A stretch of 32,000 nucleotides of DNA, from contig OV696605.1 of NCBI GenBank assembly GCA_927797885.1, positions 501,157 to 533,156 of the forward strand, read 5' to 3'. This document shows, piece by piece, positions 1 to 8,764 of the stretch. The notes beneath the pieces are model-generated. The model was not told where the DNA came from and did no database searches. It was given only the letters and a program-made list of their open reading frames with translations. A program made the translations under genes and the position numbers. The stretch is from Gloeomargaritales cyanobacterium VI4D9 (lineage in GTDB: Bacteria; Cyanobacteriota; Cyanobacteriia; Gloeomargaritales; Gloeomargaritaceae). Positions within the stretch are counted from its first letter, which is position 1. Every line of letters begins with the position of its first letter.

Positions 1-397
1 AGAAACCACCGAATGTTGGAATCCTATCCAACAGCCATACTTCAAGTACGAATCTAGCAAAACCTGTGATTCCTAATTGTTCGCTAATATAATTTCCCAA
101 CCATTGCCAGATAAGATAACTGATTAACATCAGCGCGAAAGCCAAACTGATCAAAATAACCATGATTGGGGTAACCAGTTGTTCCGCCAAATCACTCTGA
201 CCGATGAAAACAGAATACTGATATTTCAAATAATATTCCAAATCAGTAAAAAATATCACATACGCCAAAATAAAGCCAATGATAAAGAACCAAAAGGTAG
301 CGAATATTCGTCCGATACCATCCATCCGTTCAAGCCCCACCAAGGTCAACTTTTTCCCGGACTCTGAGCCAGTGATTTTGACCTGAGTACTGCCCAT
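1..397 (-). CDS. Membrane protein of unknown function, 5' part only (gene runs off the window start)
   Basis: Hand translation of the minus strand from ATG (complement of 395-397) gives MGSTQVKITGSESGKKLTLVGLERMDGIGRIFATFWFFIIGFILAYVIFFTDLEYYLKYQ... It stays open to position 1 and has at least two hydrophobic helices. It is absent from the ORF track because it is open-ended. The DNA is visibly AT-rich. Confidence 0.55.
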   Translation of the reverse strand, partial: MGSTQVKITGSESGKKLTLVGLERMDGIGRIFATFWFFIIGFILAYVIFFTDLEYYLKYQYSVFIGQSDLAEQLVTPIMVILISLAFALMLISYLIWQWLGNYISEQLGITGFARFVLEVWLLDRIPTFGGF

Positions 398-456
398 CAC
401 CAGAACCCATTTAATTTTGGTTGCTTTTATAGCTGAGCATACAAAGGTTGACATGA

Positions 457-498
457 TATGGGTCGCTGGGCGTAGCCCCACATTGGTTTCCCAGAATC
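457..498. repeat. Partial copy of dispersed repeat family A (variant core tatgggtcgctgggcgtagcccc...ttggtttccc)
   Basis: The core matches 30843-30880 (tatgggttgcagtggcgtagtcccc...ttggttcttc) and 26357-26390 (ggtcgcaggggcgtagcccccgt...tggttct). Confidence 0.5.
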
Positions 499-574
499 TT
501 AAGGTGACAACCTTAACCTACCTAGCTATACTATAAAAACTTTATAAGTCAGCGTCAATGTGATGGAGATTACA

Positions 575-694
575 CATAGCAGTCCTAAATGAGAATGAAA
601 CGGGGGGTCGCAGGGGCACCGCCCCCGTAAAAGAAGCACCTGCGGTGTATGGTTCTGAGGAATTTATGTTTGTTAATCAAATAGGATTGCTATA
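575..694. mobile_element. MITE-like element, family A, full copy with terminal inverted repeats
   Basis: Left end is catagcagtcctaaat and right end is aaataggattgctata, which is an imperfect TIR. The internal core acggggggtcgcaggggcaccgcccccgt contains the hairpin ggggc-acc-gcccc. It is colinear with the reverse complement of 30638-30740 except for an extra block of about 20 bp. It has no coding capacity. Confidence 0.65.
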
Positions 695-734
695 TATTCA
701 GATAGCACTACTTTTTAACACTACCCTAGAGTCA

Positions 735-860
735 TTAAAGGGAACCTCTACTTGTTGATTTTTGTATTTACACAACAAGTTTAGAGACCCCATTCTTGGG
801 TTGGCAACTATCAATAATGCGGGTGTCATTCTCAATAGCCATGAATTGATAGAGGTGCCC
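735..860. mobile_element. MITE-like element, family B, copy 1 of a tandem pair
   Basis: Left end is ttaaagggaacctct and right end is agaggtgccc, whose reverse complement is gggcacctct. The interior aligns with 873-1002 at a 137-bp period. A hand count over a 42-nt stretch gave 34/42 identical. Confidence 0.55.
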
Positions 861-872
861 ATCATTATTTAC

Positions 873-1002
873 TTAAAGGCACTTCTATCTACTGATTTTT
901 GTACTTACACGGCAGGCTTGGAAGCCCCATTCTCTCGTTGGCAATTATCAATAACGCAGGGGGCATTTACAATAGCTGTGAATTAATAGAGGTGCCCTTA
1001 AG
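873..1002. mobile_element. MITE-like element, family B, copy 2 of a tandem pair
   Basis: Left end is ttaaaggcacttct. Right end is agaggtgcccttaag, whose reverse complement ttaagggcacctct matches the left end at 12/14. It ends about 35 bp from the pentapeptide gene stop. Confidence 0.6.
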
Positions 1003-1037
1003 ACTCTCTAAATTTGAAGCCTCCTAATCTTCGCCAA

Positions 1038-1622
1038 TCACGGATGAATTGTGCCATCCGGCATTACCGCCCCGGTGAGATTGGCTCCCGCTAGATTGGC
1101 ACCCCGCATACTCGCTCCGGCCAGATTCGCCCCAGCCAGATTCGCTCCGGCCAGATTCGCACCCCGCAGAATTGCCACCACCAAAAATGCCCCGGTCAAA
1201 TCCGCCCCGGCGAGGTTGGCATGATAGAGATTCGCTTCCGTGAGATTGCCATGCGCCAGGGTACACCCCTGCATCTGAGCCTTCAACCCATCCACCCCCC
1301 GCAAATAAGCACCCCGCAAATCCGCTTCCTGCAACTGCGCCTCCCCAAAATTGGCAAAAATCAAATCCGCCTCCCGCAGACTCGCCTGGTTGAGCCGGGT
1401 ACGGGTCAGGTTACACCGGCAGAGAATCGCACCCCCCAGGTTGGCACCCGTCAAATCCGCCTCAAAGAGGTCAGCCCGATATAGGTTTGCCCGCTCCAGC
1501 ACAATGCCGGGGAGTTTCATGCCGTGTAAATCTACCCGGTTCAAATCCACCCGCTGAAAATGACGCTCCCCCTCTTGGTAGCGTTGCCGTAGTTGTTCCG
1601 CCGTGAGCTGCACCATGGTCAT
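1038..1622 (-). CDS. Pentapeptide-repeat protein
   Basis: The ORF-track protein is dominated by A(D/N)LxG-type pentapeptides (ANLAGANLAGANLAGASMRGANLAGANLTGA, ADLRGAYLRG...). I placed the start at MTMVQLTAEQ (1622), not the longest ORF (1682), to avoid running into the HNH gene. Confidence 0.85.
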   Translation of the reverse strand: MTMVQLTAEQLRQRYQEGERHFQRVDLNRVDLHGMKLPGIVLERANLYRADLFEADLTGANLGGAILCRCNLTRTRLNQASLREADLIFANFGEAQLQEADLRGAYLRGVDGLKAQMQGCTLAHGNLTEANLYHANLAGADLTGAFLVVAILRGANLAGANLAGANLAGASMRGANLAGANLTGAVMPDGTIHP

Positions 1623-1654
1623 TCCGCTGGGGTCATGGGAATAGTACAAATAAA

Positions 1655-2155
1655 TTACAAACCAATGACATATTTTCGCCATTCCTGGTTGGAACCACCC
1701 CGCAGATGCTTACTCACCTCAAAATGTAAACTGCTGTGGGGACGGCGGGGACGTTGGCGTAGGGGTAGGCGGGCTTCCTCCGGGGTACGGTTGCCTTTTT
1801 TGATATTACATCGCACACAGGCGGTGACGATATTTTCCCAGGAGTCTGATCCACCCCGGGACTTAGGGATGACATGATCCAGGGTCAAATCCTCCCCCGT
1901 ATAGCCACAGTACTGACAACTATGCCCATCCCGATGGAGGACATTGCGACGAGTCAGGGGAATTTCCTTATGGGGAATGTTTACATAATGCCGCAGGCGG
2001 ATGACCGTGGGTAAGGAAAAATTGGGGTAAATCACCTTGCCGTTGTGTTCCAATTGCTCCGCTTTGCCCTTGAGTACCAACACCGCCGCCCGCTTCCAGG
2101 TGGTGATATTCAATGGCTCATAGGAAGCATTCAGCACCAACACCTTTGCCATCAC
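1655..2155 (-). CDS. Stand-alone HNH endonuclease-family protein
   Basis: HNH/zinc motif: HSCQYCGYTGEDLTLDHVIPKSRGGSDSWENIVTACVRCNIKKGNR. Confidence 0.85.
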   Translation of the reverse strand: MMAKVLVLNASYEPLNITTWKRAAVLVLKGKAEQLEHNGKVIYPNFSLPTVIRLRHYVNIPHKEIPLTRRNVLHRDGHSCQYCGYTGEDLTLDHVIPKSRGGSDSWENIVTACVRCNIKKGNRTPEEARLPLRQRPRRPHSSLHFEVSKHLRGGSNQEWRKYVIGL

Positions 2156-2207
2156 TTCCCCAGGGCAAGATTTGTCAAGATATTAACATAATTAAACGAA
2201 GCCGTGT

Positions 2208-3401
2208 TTAAGAGATGCGGTAGGCATCCGGGCCATTGCGCAGGGCGAAGGCGAGGGAATCCCGGGGATTTTTGCCAATCCACAGCAGGTACACCCCCAA
2301 GGCGAGCAAGGCCACCCCGGCCAGCCAGCCAAAGACCTCCCGTAACCCCAGTTCCGCCGCCAAATTGCCCAACACCGGACCAGCCAGGGCAATCCCCAGG
2401 TCAAACCCCCCCAGACATAGCCCAAAACTGCGCCCCCGCTCCTGGGCGTAGGAACGATCTGCAATCAAAGCCGCCATGCCGGGAATCAACAGCCCCGCCC
2501 CCATCCCCTCCAAGCCCCCGGCCAGCAACAACCAGGGCACCCCCTGCGCCCACCACAGGGTGACCATCGCCAGCCAATAGCACCCCAAGCTGACCGTAAT
2601 CAACCGCCCCCGCCCCCACCGATCCGCCACCCGTCCCAACGCCAGCCGCACCGAGAAGCTGGCCACTGCCACCGCCGTATAGAATAACCCCGGATTCATC
2701 GGAATACCCTGGCGTTTGATAAACAGGGGAATGAAAATCTGTAAACTGCCAAACAACAACCCCACCAGCAAAAATACCAAGGCCGGGGTGCGTAACCGGG
2801 GCGTCAGCAATAACCCCCAAGACATCCCCAGCCGAGTCGTCACCTGTACCCGTTGCGGCTCCTGCACCCCCCAGGTACACAAGCCCCAACTCAATCCCCC
2901 CAGCACCGCCGACAGGGCAAAAATGGCCGTGTATTGTCCCTGAGCCGCTAGAAACCCCCCAACTGCTGGTCCCAAAGCCACCCCCACCGGCTGCGCCAAG
3001 GTCATGTACCCCAACACCTGACCCCGCTGCGCCGCCGGAGCCAAATCCGTCACCAGTGCCAAATAGCCCGTCGCAAAAGCCGCCACACTCAACCCGTGGT
3101 ACGCCCGGAGCACCAACAGAGCCGGAATCCCCTGCAACCAGAGATACCCCAGGGGAGCCGTCGCCAACACCAGCAAACCGATTTGAATCCCCAGCTTGCG
3201 CCCTCTCACATCCGTCAACCGCCCCACCGGCTCCCGGAACAGCAACATTCCCAAGGCAAACGCCCCGATCACCCAGCCAATCTGGGCATCACTCGCCCCC
3301 ACCACCTCATCCAAATAAAGCGGCAACGTCGGCAAAAGCAAGGTCAACCCCAACCAAAACAACAAAGCCGACCCGAACAACCGCCCCATACATCCTTTCA
3401 A
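2208..3401 (-). CDS. MFS-type transporter
   Basis: The 397-aa protein is hydrophobic throughout with roughly 12 predicted helices. It has an MFS-like loop motif GRLTDVRGRK after helix 2, repeated as GRVADRWGRG in the second half. Confidence 0.75.
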   Translation of the reverse strand: MKGCMGRLFGSALLFWLGLTLLLPTLPLYLDEVVGASDAQIGWVIGAFALGMLLFREPVGRLTDVRGRKLGIQIGLLVLATAPLGYLWLQGIPALLVLRAYHGLSVAAFATGYLALVTDLAPAAQRGQVLGYMTLAQPVGVALGPAVGGFLAAQGQYTAIFALSAVLGGLSWGLCTWGVQEPQRVQVTTRLGMSWGLLLTPRLRTPALVFLLVGLLFGSLQIFIPLFIKRQGIPMNPGLFYTAVAVASFSVRLALGRVADRWGRGRLITVSLGCYWLAMVTLWWAQGVPWLLLAGGLEGMGAGLLIPGMAALIADRSYAQERGRSFGLCLGGFDLGIALAGPVLGNLAAELGLREVFGWLAGVALLALGVYLLWIGKNPRDSLAFALRNGPDAYRIS

Positions 3402-3525
3402 GTCGTCCCCCGCTGACCTCTAAGCCAGATAGATTATTCAAAAAAACACTTTATTAAAAATTGTATCTTTTTTGACGGCATAGCGGTCGGCAGTACCGAT
3501 GGCTCACGCCAGGTCGTGTTGATCT

Positions 3526-3597
3526 TATGACAATCCTAAATGAGAATGGAATAGGGGGTCGCAGGGGCACCGCCCCCGTATTTGGTTCTGGGGAATT
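3526..3597. repeat. Family A repeat, right-truncated copy
   Basis: The sequence tatgacaatcctaaatgagaatggaatagggggtcgcaggggcaccgcccccgtatttggttctggggaatt matches the left end and core of 575-694. No right TIR is present. Confidence 0.6.
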
Positions 3598-3610
3598 AGG
3601 GACTCAAGCG

Positions 3611-3641
3611 CAAAAAGCCCCCCACCATCCCTGGTAGAGGG
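3611..3641 (-). terminator. Rho-independent terminator of pilQ
   Basis: The minus-strand RNA is CCCUCUACCA-GGGA-UGGUGGGGGG followed by CUUUUUG. This gives a 10-bp stem whose two G-U pairs form only on the minus strand. It lies 30 nt after the pilQ stop. Confidence 0.65.
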
Positions 3642-3670
3642 CAACGTACTGGAGGTTAAAAACGGGAATT

Positions 3671-5893
3671 TTAACGCTGACCGCCGGTGGCATCCAACAG
3701 GGGAGCATTTTGGCTCACCGGTTGCCCCGGAACTGCACTGCGGGGGCCAGGGTTAGTCGGCACCGGGGTGTAGTTGAAGGTAGCGGCATCGTTTTCATTG
3801 ACAATCTGCGGGGTGAGTACCACGATCACCTCGTTGCGCTGATTAATTTTACTGGTGGAGCGGAATAGGGTACCCAGGATAGGAATATCGCCCAAAATCG
3901 GCACTTTGGATGCCTGTACCCGGTCGCTGTCCTGGATCACCCCGCTCAAGACCAGGGGTTGCCCATCCCGCAGACGCACCCGCCCCGTAGTCACCCGCCG
4001 CCGGGACAACAGGGTAATGGTGTTAACCGCATTCCCTTGACCCACTGGCCCCGGGGTGGTCAGCGTAAAGGTTCCAGAGGGGGCACTCAAATCGGGGCTT
4101 GCCGATAGGGTAATAAACCCGTTGTCATCAATCCGCTCCACATTGATCGACAGGAGTAAGCCCGCCGGATCACGATCCACCGTGATGGTAGGAGGCTGTC
4201 CCTCAGTGGCAGAGGGGGTCACCCGCACATTCGTCACCACCTCCGCTGTTAATTGCACCGTCGCCACTTCCCCCTCCTGAATCAACAGGGTGGGGTCGGT
4301 GAGGACTTTGGCGTTGTTTTGGGCGATCTGGGCTTGCAATGCGGCAAAGAAGGTCTGGCTAAACGGCTGGGGTTGAGAAGGTGTGCCAATGCCAGGCGGA
4401 AATCCCCCTGGAATGATAGTACCAATGCCGGTTAGGGGACTGGCACCAAAATTGATCACCGCCGCCCCATTGTCAAACCGGAAGAAGGTTTGGTTGGCAC
4501 CAAAGGAGAAGCTGAACCCCTGCGCTTGGGTATTGTTCAGTGACACATCAATCACCTTCACGTTTACCATTGCCTGCCGTTTCCGCACATCCAACTGCGC
4601 CGCCGTGGCACTGGCGATTTCCACCAAGCGGGCTGGCCCGGTCAGGGTAACGGCATTGGTACGGGCATCCACCACCGCCCGCAGACCCGTCAAAACCGCA
4701 TTGGAAATCCCCGCCGGAGCCGCAATCCGCTCCACCCGCACCTGCTCCTGGGGAAAGCTCTGCACCACCGGGGGCGAACCGGGGGAAGCCACCACTTGGT
4801 TGGTCACCAACACAGTTTCCACAATCGTCCGATAGACCTCGGCACCCTGGGAGGCCAAATGAGCCGCTACCCCCGCCGCTTGGGCTTGGTTGATCCGCAG
4901 GGTACGGCTGATCACATTGTCCGCTTCGGCAGGTAAATTCCGCCCCACAAACAGGGTATTGCCCACCCGATTCGCCCGCAACCGTGCCACCCGCAGAACG
5001 TAGTTCAACACATTTTGGGCAGCTTCGTTTTCAATATCCAGAGAAACGGTGGTTTGCCCAATTTCTCGCTCCACCGTGGCCTCGCCCTTGGTTTGCAACC
5101 GGAACCCGCCCGTGATTTCCTGCAACTCGGTTTCCCGCACCGTCGTTTTTTCCGTATCCGGCACATAGACCAGGTTCATCCCCGCCGCCCGCGCCAACAG
5201 GGTCAGGACTTCCCGCACCGGCGCATCCCGCAGTACCAACCGGGGAATCCGGGTCGCACCCTTTGGCCCCAGGTCAATGATTTCGGCACCGACATTCACC
5301 TGCCCAACGGCAATATCCCCCACTGGCGGGGCAACCGCCCGGGGTAGTAAAGGCGGCAGGGGGTTCGGCCCCTGGGGTAAATTCGGGGGAATCGTCCGGG
5401 GGGAACCCGTCCCGAGCCGGGGGGTGGGGTCGGTGGCTTCCGCCTGGGTTAGGGTGGGATCGGCTTGGGCTTTGGGCTGGGCTTGAGCCACCCGCTGGGG
5501 TTCAATCAAAAAACTCACCTGGTCATCCGTACGCTGCCCGATGCGACCGGCCAGATTTTTACCACTCCCGGCCACCGTCACCCGCACGCCCCCATCACTC
5601 AGGGGTGCCACCCGCACCGAGTCAATCCCAGGGATGGGACGCTCCTGTTGAAAATTCCCCTGGGGCAGTTGGAGTTGGGCGTTGGGAATTTCCGCCACCC
5701 AGGTATTGCCCTGGCGACTCCCCAAAACCTGCATTTGCTTGCCCCCTTGGGTTTTCAAGACGATGGCGAGATTGTTCCCCACCGGCTTGAGTTCCACATC
5801 CGTAATTTTCGCCGTACCCGCCAGAGCCGGTTGGGCAAGCACCACCAGGGCGGCACCCAGCCCTAAAGATGTACCTGGTAACCATTGACGCAT
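3671..5893 (-). CDS. pilQ: Type IV pilus secretin PilQ
   Basis: It has an N-terminal signal peptide, an AMIN-like N-domain (AKITDVELKPVGNNLAIVLKT) and a C-terminal secretin signature (SKVPILGDIPILGTLFRS). It is the last gene of a pilMNOQ array. Confidence 0.9.
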   Translation of the reverse strand: MRQWLPGTSLGLGAALVVLAQPALAGTAKITDVELKPVGNNLAIVLKTQGGKQMQVLGSRQGNTWVAEIPNAQLQLPQGNFQQERPIPGIDSVRVAPLSDGGVRVTVAGSGKNLAGRIGQRTDDQVSFLIEPQRVAQAQPKAQADPTLTQAEATDPTPRLGTGSPRTIPPNLPQGPNPLPPLLPRAVAPPVGDIAVGQVNVGAEIIDLGPKGATRIPRLVLRDAPVREVLTLLARAAGMNLVYVPDTEKTTVRETELQEITGGFRLQTKGEATVEREIGQTTVSLDIENEAAQNVLNYVLRVARLRANRVGNTLFVGRNLPAEADNVISRTLRINQAQAAGVAAHLASQGAEVYRTIVETVLVTNQVVASPGSPPVVQSFPQEQVRVERIAAPAGISNAVLTGLRAVVDARTNAVTLTGPARLVEIASATAAQLDVRKRQAMVNVKVIDVSLNNTQAQGFSFSFGANQTFFRFDNGAAVINFGASPLTGIGTIIPGGFPPGIGTPSQPQPFSQTFFAALQAQIAQNNAKVLTDPTLLIQEGEVATVQLTAEVVTNVRVTPSATEGQPPTITVDRDPAGLLLSINVERIDDNGFITLSASPDLSAPSGTFTLTTPGPVGQGNAVNTITLLSRRRVTTGRVRLRDGQPLVLSGVIQDSDRVQASKVPILGDIPILGTLFRSTSKINQRNEVIVVLTPQIVNENDAATFNYTPVPTNPGPRSAVPGQPVSQNAPLLDATGGQR

Positions 5894-5960
5894 ATTGTTT
5901 CACTCCTCCAGTTCGCTTGATGTTGGGGTTGATGCTGTTGCCGGTGGTTTCACCGGAACA

Positions 5961-6731
5961 TTACTGCGATTTTTGCTGGGTGGCCGGGGTTTTGCCCTTG
6001 GCATCCTTAGGTTGGCTGGCTTGCTTGCGGGCGGCCAGTTCCTCCGGCGTGAGGGGCACAAAGGCTTCCAGCGTGAATTTAGTGGTCAGACGGGGGGTTT
6101 CCCCATCCTCACTGGTAGATGTGGGAGCAGACATGGAAAACTTGGTGATATTCAGCAGTAACCGCAGGCGTTCGATATTCCGCAGGACGGCTACAGTCTG
6201 GGGATAGGTACCTTGAAATTCCACATCGTAGGTGACTTTTTTCAGCAACCCCATGGTCTGCTCCGCCGGAGCCTTCGCCTGGGTGGGTTTTTTCTGCTCC
6301 GTGCCGGGGGTCTGCTCGTCCACCTGCCCCACGGTCGCCACCGCACCGGGTTTGAAGGAGCGCAGGTTGGCACCACTGTCTCTGATCTGCTGGTCAATCA
6401 TCAACAGGGCAACTTGCAAGTCCTGCTGGTTCCCAAAAATGGTTTCCAACTTGGCTCGTTGCTCTTCCGCCTGCTTCAGTTCTGCTTCCACCTTGTCCCG
6501 GTCCCGCAGGGCGGCCTCTTTCTGGCGGATTTCGTTGTTAATCGCCTCCACTTCGCTCTGGAGTTGCGCCACCCGCAAGAAGGCAGGCTGTACCTGGGTG
6601 AAATAGATGGCCGCCGCCCCGCCGATTCCTACCACCCCGGCCAAGAGACCGTAGAGGAGAAACGGACTCATGCCGAGAATTTTTTGGGAACCGGCCACCC
6701 TGGGTTGGTCAAACGCACCGCTGAGGGTCAT
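5961..6731 (-). CDS. pilO: Type IV pilus assembly protein PilO
   Basis: A single N-terminal TM helix is followed by a coiled coil (QLQSEVEAINNEIRQKEAALRDRDKVEAELKQAEEQRAKLE). It sits between pilN and pilQ, and its start overlaps the pilN stop by 4 nt. Confidence 0.8.
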   Translation of the reverse strand: MTLSGAFDQPRVAGSQKILGMSPFLLYGLLAGVVGIGGAAAIYFTQVQPAFLRVAQLQSEVEAINNEIRQKEAALRDRDKVEAELKQAEEQRAKLETIFGNQQDLQVALLMIDQQIRDSGANLRSFKPGAVATVGQVDEQTPGTEQKKPTQAKAPAEQTMGLLKKVTYDVEFQGTYPQTVAVLRNIERLRLLLNITKFSMSAPTSTSEDGETPRLTTKFTLEAFVPLTPEELAARKQASQPKDAKGKTPATQQKSQ

Positions 6732-7474
6732 TGTCCTGCCTCCTTCTCCTGGGGTTCATCCTTGGTCGCCGGGGGGGGCGTGGGTCGCTCTTTCAATATC
6801 CCCAATTCCCGCAAAATCTCAATCCGGGTCTCCAAGCCCACCGCCCCGGTACGCTTCAGGTTGGCTAAATTTTCCGACAGTTTTTTATCCGTAGCCAGGG
6901 TCACCTGCACCTCGTACTGCACCAGGGGCTGGGTATCCTCATCCCCGCGAATTGCCGCCCGTTGGGAGTTGATCAACCGGGGGTCACTGGGGGGTGTGCC
7001 CTTGAGAAACGGCGACCGCGCCAACACCAGCAGAAAATCATTCACCGTGCTGAATTCATTGGCCTGCCCGGTGATTCTCAAATTATTCCCGGACTGGTCA
7101 ACTGTGCCCAACTGAATCCCTGGCAGGGTACGGTTGCCCAAATCCTGTACCACCGCCGACCAAGGGGTCACTTTTTCCACCACATTGGCAAGTTCCTCAG
7201 TTTCCTTGCGGATTTGCGCCACCCGCTCCTTGAGCTTGTCCAGTTCCGCCAACTGTTGCCGCAGGGGATTCAACCGGGCTTGCCCCTGCACCTTCTCCTG
7301 GTCTAAGGCTCGTTCCCGCATTGCCGTAAAACCCCACAATCCCCCGGCGCCGACCAGGGCAATCACCCCCACCGCAATCCCCAACACCAAGGGAAGGGGG
7401 CTGTCCTCCTCTGCCGTATAGGTTTGCCCCTGGGGCACCCGATCCCGTAAAAAGTTAATCTCTACCGCATACAT
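6728..7474 (-). CDS. pilN: Type IV pilus assembly protein PilN
   Basis: The N-terminus MYAVEINFLRDR is typical of PilN. It has one TM helix and a coiled coil, and lies directly downstream of pilM. Confidence 0.8.
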   Translation of the reverse strand: MYAVEINFLRDRVPQGQTYTAEEDSPLPLVLGIAVGVIALVGAGGLWGFTAMRERALDQEKVQGQARLNPLRQQLAELDKLKERVAQIRKETEELANVVEKVTPWSAVVQDLGNRTLPGIQLGTVDQSGNNLRITGQANEFSTVNDFLLVLARSPFLKGTPPSDPRLINSQRAAIRGDEDTQPLVQYEVQVTLATDKKLSENLANLKRTGAVGLETRIEILRELGILKERPTPPPATKDEPQEKEAGQ

Positions 7475-7479
7475 AACCG

Positions 7480-8559
7480 TTAGGCCTCCCGTAATGCCAG
7501 TCCAAGTACCACCCCCAAACCGGAGCGCTGTTCCTGGGGAATATCCTGGGAGAGTTCCAGGTTGAGGCTCCGCACCGGGTCAACACAACTGGCGGCAATC
7601 CCCAGCCGATTGCTCATGTATTCATCCAGCCTGCCCATGCCTGCCCCCGGCCCGGCCAACAAAATCTGCACCACCTCCACCGAATCCGGCTGATCCCGAT
7701 AAAAATCAATCGAGCGGCGCAGTTCATCCCCCAATTCCTGCAACACCCGGATCAGAGCCATACCCGGACGGTTGGTGGGCGCAGTGGCATCCCCCTCCTC
7801 CGGCACCGTCATGGTTTGCGCCCAGTTGGGATTGCGACTCACGGGCATACTCGCCGCCCGACTCACCGCATTTTGCATCTCCATCACCCCGATGGGCACA
7901 TCCCGGGCAAAGTGGGGAATCCCATCCACCACAATACTGATCTCTGTGTTGTCATAGCCAATATCCACCACCGCCGCCGCTTCCCTGTCCGTAAACGTCT
8001 GGCGCATCTGGTCCCGCAGGGTACGCAGGAGGGCAAAACTGCTAATTTCCACACTGCGAGGGGTTAAACCCGCCTTCTGTGCCATTTCCACATAACTATC
8101 CGTGGTTTCCTTGCGGGTGGCGGCCAACAGCACATCAATCTGCTCCTGGTCATCATCACCCCGGGACAACCCCAATTTTTGAAAATCTAAATCTGCCTCC
8201 TCCCGGGGGTAGGGCAAAAACAGCGCCGCCTGTTCATTTTCCACATTCTCCCGCAACTCCGCATCATCCAACTCCGCCGGGAGCTTCACCAACCGGGTCA
8301 CCGCCCGATGGGAGGGAATTGCCAACGCCGCCCGCTTAGCCTTGATTTTATTCTCCTGCATTAAATTTTTGATCAGTTCTGCTACCCCATCCGGGTCAAC
8401 GATTTGACCATCCTCCAAAAAACCCTCTGGCATCTCCGCCGAGGCCAGGGCGACCAATTTAAGATTCTGCTTCTTTTTTTGAATCTGGGCAACCTGTAGC
8501 CGCATGGGGGTCAACTCTATCCCCACCCCCTGGGCACCCCCTTGAAAAAACCCTGTCAT
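7480..8559 (-). CDS. pilM: Type IV pilus assembly ATPase-fold protein PilM
   Basis: The 359-aa protein has an actin/FtsA-like fold signature (VVDIGYDNTEISIV, ILLAGPGAGMGRLDEYM). It is the first gene of pilMNOQ. Confidence 0.85.
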   Translation of the reverse strand: MTGFFQGGAQGVGIELTPMRLQVAQIQKKKQNLKLVALASAEMPEGFLEDGQIVDPDGVAELIKNLMQENKIKAKRAALAIPSHRAVTRLVKLPAELDDAELRENVENEQAALFLPYPREEADLDFQKLGLSRGDDDQEQIDVLLAATRKETTDSYVEMAQKAGLTPRSVEISSFALLRTLRDQMRQTFTDREAAAVVDIGYDNTEISIVVDGIPHFARDVPIGVMEMQNAVSRAASMPVSRNPNWAQTMTVPEEGDATAPTNRPGMALIRVLQELGDELRRSIDFYRDQPDSVEVVQILLAGPGAGMGRLDEYMSNRLGIAASCVDPVRSLNLELSQDIPQEQRSGLGVVLGLALREA

Positions 8560-8764
8560 AAGCCTCAGCCTTAGGTATCGTTAATAATTTAACATCCACG
8601 CCGTGTGAGGTTAGGAACCCAGGGCATTGTGCTACCGCCCAGATTTGCACTGCCCACCGGATAGCGTACAGGCAATAGGTAATGGTCTAAATTTAGGAAC
8701 GAATCAAATTTAGTTTTATTATTACACCAAATGTGCGGATGCTGTAAAGCCCCCCGCCAGAGAT

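Noticed and set aside
735-1002. Possible CRISPR array or leader, considered because of the regular 137-bp repetition
   Set aside because: There are only two long units that are similar along their entire length. There is no short-repeat/unique-spacer alternation, and no cas genes are present.
5894-5960. Absence of a pilP gene between pilO and pilQ
   Set aside because: The gap is only 67 nt. To my knowledge, cyanobacterial pilMNOQ operons normally lack a recognisable pilP, so this is not an anomaly.
6213-7115. 300-aa plus-strand ORF across pilO/pilN, and similar antisense ORFs inside pilQ, pilM, the MFS gene, ycf46 and the FHA gene
   Set aside because: All lie antisense to well-supported genes and have low-complexity, Arg/Pro/Gly-rich translations. 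These are typical GC-driven open frames.
8689-8713. Direct repeat aaatttag-N9-aaatttag upstream of pilM as a possible regulator binding site
   Set aside because: It is a short AT-rich 8-mer repeated once in an AT-rich intergenic stretch. I know of no matching motif, so it is too weak to report as a feature.
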